A stretch of 14,326 bases of DNA, from positions 1 to 14,326 of the forward strand of contig BBVC01000098.1 of the NCBI GenBank assembly GCA_001192655.1, written 5' to 3'. This DNA comes from Caedimonas varicaedens (GTDB lineage Bacteria > Pseudomonadota > Alphaproteobacteria > Caedimonadales > Caedimonadaceae). The notes under the pieces were generated by a model that did no database searches, was not told the DNA's origin, and saw nothing but the letters and a program-made list of their open reading frames with translations. The position numbers were made by a program, and so were the translations under genes. Positions 8,977 to 14,326 of the stretch are shown in pieces; positions within the stretch are counted from its first letter, which is position 1; each line of letters starts with the position of its first letter.

Positions 8977-9095
8977 TATACCCAAAGGATTTCAAAATCT
9001 GGGTAGGCGGAAGAGTGGTGAGTCCCGCGCAGCGTACGTGAGCAGGACGAATTCCAAAGTCCAATGATCCCAGATTTTGAAAGGCGAAGGGTATA
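8977..9095. repeat. Palindromic REP/MITE-like intergenic element, copy 1 (mdh-sucC spacer)
   Basis: About 80% identical over about 110 nt to 13113-13221, in the same orientation. Internal inverted repeats: tataccc (8977-8983) with gggtata (9089-9095), and a perfect 14-bp tttcaaaatctggg (8990-9003) with cccagattttgaaa (9069-9082). It directly abuts the mdh stop codon (9096-9098). Confidence 0.8.
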
Positions 9096-10070
<975 letters not shown>

Positions 10071-10763
10071 TTATTTCTTCCCCCCGGATTGACGAATTAT
10101 TTTAGGATCAGAAGACATCAACTGCTGACGCAAAAAAGCACCCCCTGTCTGAAGTCCTCTATTGTCAATCTCATGACCAATATTGTGACATATTAAAGGA
10201 GTGACGGGAACCCCTCTCTTCCTCAGTTCCTTTTCTGAAATGTCCAAATAGAAAATTGGGACAACATCATCTTTGTCTCCATGAACCAGCAAGACAGGCG
10301 GGCGGGACGTGATCGGCTTTGTCTCAGGATAAACAAGAGCGCCAGAATACGCGACAACTCCTGCAACAGTCCGAGATCGTGAAAGAGCCACAGCCAACAC
10401 CATCATGGCTCCCTGAGAAAAACCCACAAGCGCTAATTGCTCTTCCTGAAGCTGATAGCGCGTTAAAACCTCATCCACATAACGATGGAACGCGGGCAGC
10501 GCCGACTCCATTCCCTCCAGTAACGTATCAGGAGAAAGATCAGGCAATGGGAACCACTGGTACCCTTGTCCCTGCACGATACTCCCCTCCCAGAAATCCA
10601 GAGCATTAGGGGCAATGAAAAGAGTGTCTGGCAGGTAAGGTTGCCAGAAAGAAGAAAGAGAAATCAAATCTTTTCCTGAGGCACCATATCCATGAAGTAA
10701 AAGCACAACATGTTTTATTTTCCCCGAGAGGGGTTCCGCATAAGATTCAGAAAGTGGTTTCAT
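10071..10763 (-). CDS. Alpha/beta-hydrolase, phospholipase/carboxylesterase family
   Basis: Nucleophile elbow GFSQG, acid-residue region VHGDKDDVVP, and His in HNIGHEI, in the Ser-Asp-His order of the esterase/lysophospholipase fold. The stop codon is immediately adjacent to the mdh ATG (TAAATG). Confidence 0.8.
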   Translation of the reverse strand: MKPLSESYAEPLSGKIKHVVLLLHGYGASGKDLISLSSFWQPYLPDTLFIAPNALDFWEGSIVQGQGYQWFPLPDLSPDTLLEGMESALPAFHRYVDEVLTRYQLQEEQLALVGFSQGAMMVLAVALSRSRTVAGVVAYSGALVYPETKPITSRPPVLLVHGDKDDVVPIFYLDISEKELRKRGVPVTPLICHNIGHEIDNRGLQTGGAFLRQQLMSSDPKIIRQSGGKK

Positions 10764-10783
10764 ATCACTCTTTCCTTTTTGGT

Positions 10784-11248
10784 TTATAGAAACTGTGTAA
10801 CCAAAAGAAACCCCAAAATCAGAGAAGGTGCAAATGGAAAGAGCGATTCTTTCAAAATTATTTTATAGAAAAGACCCCAAATACACCCTATGAAGCCTGC
10901 GCAGATCAGGAAAAGGGAAATTTGTTCTGGAATCATCCCTATACCCAAAGCTGCCGCCAGTTTCACGTCTCCCCATCCCAACGCAAGGCGGTTCAAAAGT
11001 TTCTCCATGCTTATCTTTAAAAGCGCTCCCCCCAATCCCAGAACGCCAGCGCATAAAAAGTGTTCATAGGTTAAAGAATAATGCAAGCACCCTAGAATCA
11101 ACAAGGACAGAACAAGTCCATCCGGAATAATTCTATAGCGCATATCATAATAAATAATCCCTCCCCAGGTTATGAGCAACAACAGCAATGCCAGAGAGTC
11201 ATATAACATCATGATAGAATTAACATCCTGAAAATTAAGAAGGCTCAA
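10784..11248 (-). CDS. Short A24-family prepilin peptidase (CpaA/TadV-like, no methyltransferase domain)
   Basis: 154-aa polytopic membrane protein with the two aspartyl-protease motifs of the family: YYDMRYRIIPD and GWGDVKLAAALG. SD AAGGAAAGAG for the downstream esterase lies in the 20-nt spacer. Confidence 0.75.
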   Translation of the reverse strand: MSLLNFQDVNSIMMLYDSLALLLLLITWGGIIYYDMRYRIIPDGLVLSLLILGCLHYSLTYEHFLCAGVLGLGGALLKISMEKLLNRLALGWGDVKLAAALGIGMIPEQISLFLICAGFIGCIWGLFYKIILKESLFPFAPSLILGFLLVTQFL

Positions 11249-11427
11249 TCTACCTCACGAATGTGTAAATGCCAACAATAACGCTATTTTGTTGTATATC
11301 AAGATCATCAATAAATCCCGATCAATGACTAGATTGCATGCCTCAACTTCTTCCCAGTAATTTAAGCTGGTAATTCAATAAATTCTTCTGTATTTTCAGC
11401 GAACAACAAACAAAACCAAGAGATAAA

Positions 11428-13080
11428 ATGAACTTTCCTACCATAGGATGTATCTGCGTCCTGATGCTTTTTTCGTTGTCGTCCTGTAGCACATGGGATC
11501 CTGACAATGACCTGGCTCTTGATCCTGTGACTAAAATGACGAAAAAACAGATCGCAGAGAATTTAAGTAGGACTCCTCCATCCATCAAGAAAAAGACACG
11601 TCCTTTTATAAAAAAATCAGATGTTCCCGTTATTCCTGCGGTTCTTAAAAATCCTGTAACGCTTTCGACAACTGAATCAGTTCCCCTAAAAGACGTCTTC
11701 TTTCAAATAGCCCGACAGGCAAATGTTGACCTTTCCATTGACCCTAATGTGAAAGGCGGTGTTGCGCTTCATGCAACCCATCGTCCTCTTATTGATATCG
11801 TCAGGGAACTTTGTACTCTTAACCGCCTTCGATACAAAATTGAGAATAATATTTTGCGAATTGAACCTGATAAGCCTTATTTGCTTAATTACAATGCCCA
11901 GTTTCTTTCCCTGACCCGACAAAATCAAAGCCGTATTTCAGTCGCAACGGACATTTTTACCACAAACGAAGGACAAGGTAGCACAGCAGATAATGGCTCC
12001 AACACCTTGCTGACAGGTGAAACAAAAAATGATTTCTGGGCAGAACTGGAGAGTAACCTTTCAACCATTTTACAGAATTCTGATGCCAAGGAAGTTGGAC
12101 AGGATAAATCTTCCTACTCCTTACACAAACAGGCCGGAATTATCTCTGTTTATGGGACTCAGGCTCAACACCAACAAGTCGAACATTTTTTAAAACTATT
12201 GCGACTCAGCACATCAAGCCAGGTCTTGATCGAAGCTAAAATCGTCGAAGTCATCCTCAAGGATGAATTTAAGGCCGGCATTAACTGGAATTTGCTCAAG
12301 GGAGACCTTGTTCTTCAAAGCCCTCTGGGAGACACGATCACACCCGGATCCTTTAACAAAAACGCCACCCCCGTGCGAGATGTTTTCACCTTCGGGGGCA
12401 GCGGCAAACAGCTCACTGAAATAGTAGGTCTGATCAATAAATTTGGGACAGTCAGAACGCTTTCCAGCCCGCGATTGACCGCTATGAACAATGAACCCGG
12501 CGTCATAAAAGTTGCCACCAATTATGTCTATTTTCGAATCAACTATAACAGGGATTATGGCTATGACTCTGTCCGCGAGCATGAATATGTATCCAGTGAA
12601 ATCCATACTGTTCCCATTGGTCTTATCATGGTCGTTCATCCTTCAATCAATCTTGCGGATGGCTCTATTGTTTTATCCTTGCGTCCCACCATTTCACGCG
12701 TTGTGGATGAAAAGGCAGACCCTGCGGTTGCCATTGTTTCCAAAGAAGCGCAACAATCCTATGTTCCTGTTGTTCGCAAACAAGAGTTTGAATCTCTCGT
12801 TTGTATGAACTCGGGCGAATTCATTGTGATGGGAGGACTTATGGAAGAGGTCGCAAAAAATAACCAATCAGGCGTCCCCTACCTCAGTGAAGTCCCTTTA
12901 TTGGGAAATCTTGCAAAAGCCAAATCTGAGGATCGCGTTGTGTCAGAGCTGGTTATTTTCCTGAAAGCCACCATTGTGGATAATAAAGCGGATACTTTTG
13001 TTCCCGTAACAGAAAGTACCGTTGCTCCTGCCGATACTCACCTCTATGAAAATTTCGCTCTGGACCCGCGCCCTTTATAA
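11428..13080 (+). CDS. Outer-membrane secretin, lipoprotein type (MshL/PilQ/GspD superfamily)
   Basis: Lipoprotein signal peptide with lipobox LSSC (MNFPTIGCICVLMLFSLSSC). N-terminal secretin-N-like module (PLKDVFFQIARQANVDLSIDPNVKGGVALHATHRPLIDIVRELCTLNRLRYKIENNILRIEP). C-terminal secretin domain (LSSPRLTAMNNEPGVIKV ... VHPSIN ... GVPYLSEVPLLGNLAKAKSEDRVVSELVIFLKATIV). Confidence 0.82.
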   Translation: MNFPTIGCICVLMLFSLSSCSTWDPDNDLALDPVTKMTKKQIAENLSRTPPSIKKKTRPFIKKSDVPVIPAVLKNPVTLSTTESVPLKDVFFQIARQANVDLSIDPNVKGGVALHATHRPLIDIVRELCTLNRLRYKIENNILRIEPDKPYLLNYNAQFLSLTRQNQSRISVATDIFTTNEGQGSTADNGSNTLLTGETKNDFWAELESNLSTILQNSDAKEVGQDKSSYSLHKQAGIISVYGTQAQHQQVEHFLKLLRLSTSSQVLIEAKIVEVILKDEFKAGINWNLLKGDLVLQSPLGDTITPGSFNKNATPVRDVFTFGGSGKQLTEIVGLINKFGTVRTLSSPRLTAMNNEPGVIKVATNYVYFRINYNRDYGYDSVREHEYVSSEIHTVPIGLIMVVHPSINLADGSIVLSLRPTISRVVDEKADPAVAIVSKEAQQSYVPVVRKQEFESLVCMNSGEFIVMGGLMEEVAKNNQSGVPYLSEVPLLGNLAKAKSEDRVVSELVIFLKATIVDNKADTFVPVTESTVAPADTHLYENFALDPRPL

Positions 13081-13112
13081 TGAAAATGATCCCTTGCATC
13101 AAATGCTTCGCT

Positions 13113-13221
13113 CAAAGGATTTCAAAAACTGGTCAGGCGGACGAGTAGTGAGCTCATAAAGTGCGTGAGCAGGGCAAATCCCGAAACCCAACGACCTCAG
13201 TCTTTGAAAGACGAAGGGTAT
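13113..13221. repeat. Palindromic REP/MITE-like intergenic element, copy 2 (between secretin and rnpB)
   Basis: Aligns with 8984-9093. The first 40 nt are 35/40 identical (caaaggatttcaaaaactggtcaggcggacgagtagtgag). It shares the core cgtgagcagg and the 3' end tttgaaagacgaagggtat. The arm pairing is retained, including one compensatory change. Confidence 0.8.
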
Positions 13222-13255
13222 TCATATGTTTAACGGCTTGAAAAATTAATTTAAG

Positions 13256-13263
13256 TGTATAAT
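13256..13263 (+). promoter_or_regulatory. Candidate -10 element for rnpB
   Basis: A perfect TATAAT (13258-13263), preceded by TG, lies 8 nt upstream of the first P1 nucleotide. The only good -35-like hexamer, TTGAAA (13238-13243), is just 14 nt away, so the -35 assignment is unclear. Confidence 0.4.
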
Positions 13264-13271
13264 GTTCTTGT

Positions 13272-13652
13272 GACCTGGAAGTCGGATGGCCGCTGGCAAA
13301 GATTTAATCATTGCTGGAGGAAAGTCCGGGCTCCACGAAAACAAGGTGCCGGGTAATACCCGGCGAGGGTAACCTTAGGGAAAGTGCCACAGAAAATATA
13401 CCGCCGATGGTTTTCATCGGTAAGGGTGAAATGGTGCGGTAAGAGCGCACCGCGCGCCTGGTAACAGGCGTGGCAGGGTAAACCCCACCTGGAGCAAGAC
13501 CAAATAGGAATGACACTCTGACTTTTGTCAGAAAATGAGTTTTCGCATTGTTGTTCGGGTAGGTCGCGTGAAGGCACTGGTAACAGTGCTTCCAGAGGAA
13601 TGGTCATCCCTGATTCTATCAGGACAGAACCCGGCTTATAGACTTCCAGGTC
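13272..13652 (+). ncRNA. rnpB: RNase P RNA, bacterial type A
   Basis: P1 pairing gacctggaagtc (13272-13283) with gacttccaggtc (13641-13652). Universally conserved P4 strands GGAGGAAAGUCCGGGCUCCA and ACAGAACCCGGCUUAU. Conserved GGUAAGGGUGAAAUGGUGCGGUAAGAGCGCACCGCG (P10-P12 region) and GGGUAAACCCCACCUGGAGCAA. Confidence 0.95.
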
Positions 13653-13740
13653 TTCTTTTACTTTTTGAAATCTTGCTATGATATTTCTTTTTCCTGATTT
13701 AGAATGGTGAGAGTACCCACCCATTGAAAAAGAGAAAAAA

Positions 13741-14301
13741 GTGAGAAGTTTTATCTGTTTTGGACTGATGTTATGCTTAATGTTACCAGTGAAGGCTGAA
13801 GAGACGACAAAGCAGGAAAAAAAACAAGACCTTGCCTCTCAATTTTTGCAATATCATGATCTTTTGACTCTTAAATTAAATGAACTGAATCAATCCTTGA
13901 CAATTCCCGATGATGTAAAGCTCCAGCTTTCGGCAAAAATCAAGGAAAACATGGCTCAATTAAAAGATATACACGACAAAATTAAGGCGCTTGGGTTGCT
14001 TTATGCAGAGGCAATCGTTGAAAAAAGTAAACAGAAAAAACTGGAAGAAGAAACAGAATCCAATCATAAAAATGACCAGAGCGTTAGAGAAGAGATGGAA
14101 TATTTAGATGAGGCTGCGAAGAAAGAAAAAGAACATCTTCAAAAAGAAATGAATAAATTTTTAAAAGATGTGGATCAACTACAAGAAAATATTTCTGCCT
14201 TTAAAACAGAAAAATTCGCTAAAACTCTGGAAGGAATACTGACATCCGCAATGGAAAAGATTTCCGATTTTATCCAGGAATTAAAAGAGAAGAAACAATA
14301 A
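13741..14301 (+). CDS. Secreted Lys/Glu-rich coiled-coil protein, function unknown (GTG start)
   Basis: The GTG at 13741 gives a canonical Sec signal peptide, MRSFICFGLMLCLMLPVKA|EE. The next ATG (13769) would truncate the hydrophobic core. The rest is heptad-like and highly charged (EKSKQKKLEEETESNHKND..., KEKEHLQKEMNKFLKDVDQLQENI). A purine-rich stretch (aaagagaaaaaa) precedes the start. Confidence 0.6.
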   Translation: MRSFICFGLMLCLMLPVKAEETTKQEKKQDLASQFLQYHDLLTLKLNELNQSLTIPDDVKLQLSAKIKENMAQLKDIHDKIKALGLLYAEAIVEKSKQKKLEEETESNHKNDQSVREEMEYLDEAAKKEKEHLQKEMNKFLKDVDQLQENISAFKTEKFAKTLEGILTSAMEKISDFIQELKEKKQ

Positions 14302-14326
14302 AACTCCCTTGTTCATGAGGCTATCT

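Noticed and set aside
11249-11427. Possible small Flp or type IV pilin gene in the 179-bp divergent spacer
   Set aside because: Manual translation found only very short peptides (for example MCKCQQ and a 19-aa MPTITLFCCISRSSINPDQ), and none has a prepilin leader or hydrophobic helix.
11343-11588. 81-aa minus-strand ORF in the peptidase-secretin divergent region
   Set aside because: It overlaps the secretin start and signal-peptide region on the opposite strand. It has no SD and no pilin-like signature, neither G/FTLIE nor the Flp G/xxxxEY type.
13304-13724. Two minus-strand ORFs (70 aa and 138 aa) between the secretin and the coiled-coil gene
   Set aside because: They lie antisense across the RNase P RNA gene (13272-13652). 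Their length comes from the GC-rich structured RNA, and neither has an SD or a recognisable protein motif.
13741-14301. Skp/OmpH-family chaperone assignment for the secreted coiled-coil protein
   Set aside because: Size, signal peptide and charge fit superficially. The beta-strand core segments that flank the helical arms in Skp (IAIVN-like N-terminal and LVLD-like C-terminal strands) are not visible, so it stays a hypothetical protein.

Overview
The window appears to come from a moderately AT-rich alphaproteobacterium. This is inferred from a circularly permuted (two-piece) ssrA gene, an alpha-type SspB, and the gene order mdh-sucC-sucD-sucA-sucB-lpdA. Most of it is core housekeeping. A tightly packed, co-directional minus-strand array runs from 11248 to 1291: short A24 prepilin peptidase, alpha/beta-hydrolase esterase, mdh, sucCDAB and lpdA. 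It is followed on the same strand by ssrA and then sspB. The plus strand carries a 5'-truncated hypothetical ORF at the left edge, a lipoprotein secretin (MshL/PilQ-like), RNase P RNA (rnpB, type A) and a secreted Lys/Glu-rich coiled-coil protein. I see no clear novel multi-gene system such as a defence island, CRISPR array, toxin-antitoxin pair or mobile element with a transposase. Four things merit a second look. (1) The tmRNA has an unusually long 22-residue tag ending in AAAA, and it lies immediately upstream of the gene for its own proteolytic adaptor, SspB. (2) An approximately 110-120 nt palindromic REP/MITE-like element occurs twice, at 8977-9095 and 13113-13221. (3) A secretin and a short prepilin peptidase are divergently arranged with no pilin, ATPase or platform gene nearby. 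(4) The peptidase and an esterase are packed onto the head of the TCA gene array. All calls come from reading the sequence and the ORF translations by eye. No searches or folding programs were run.
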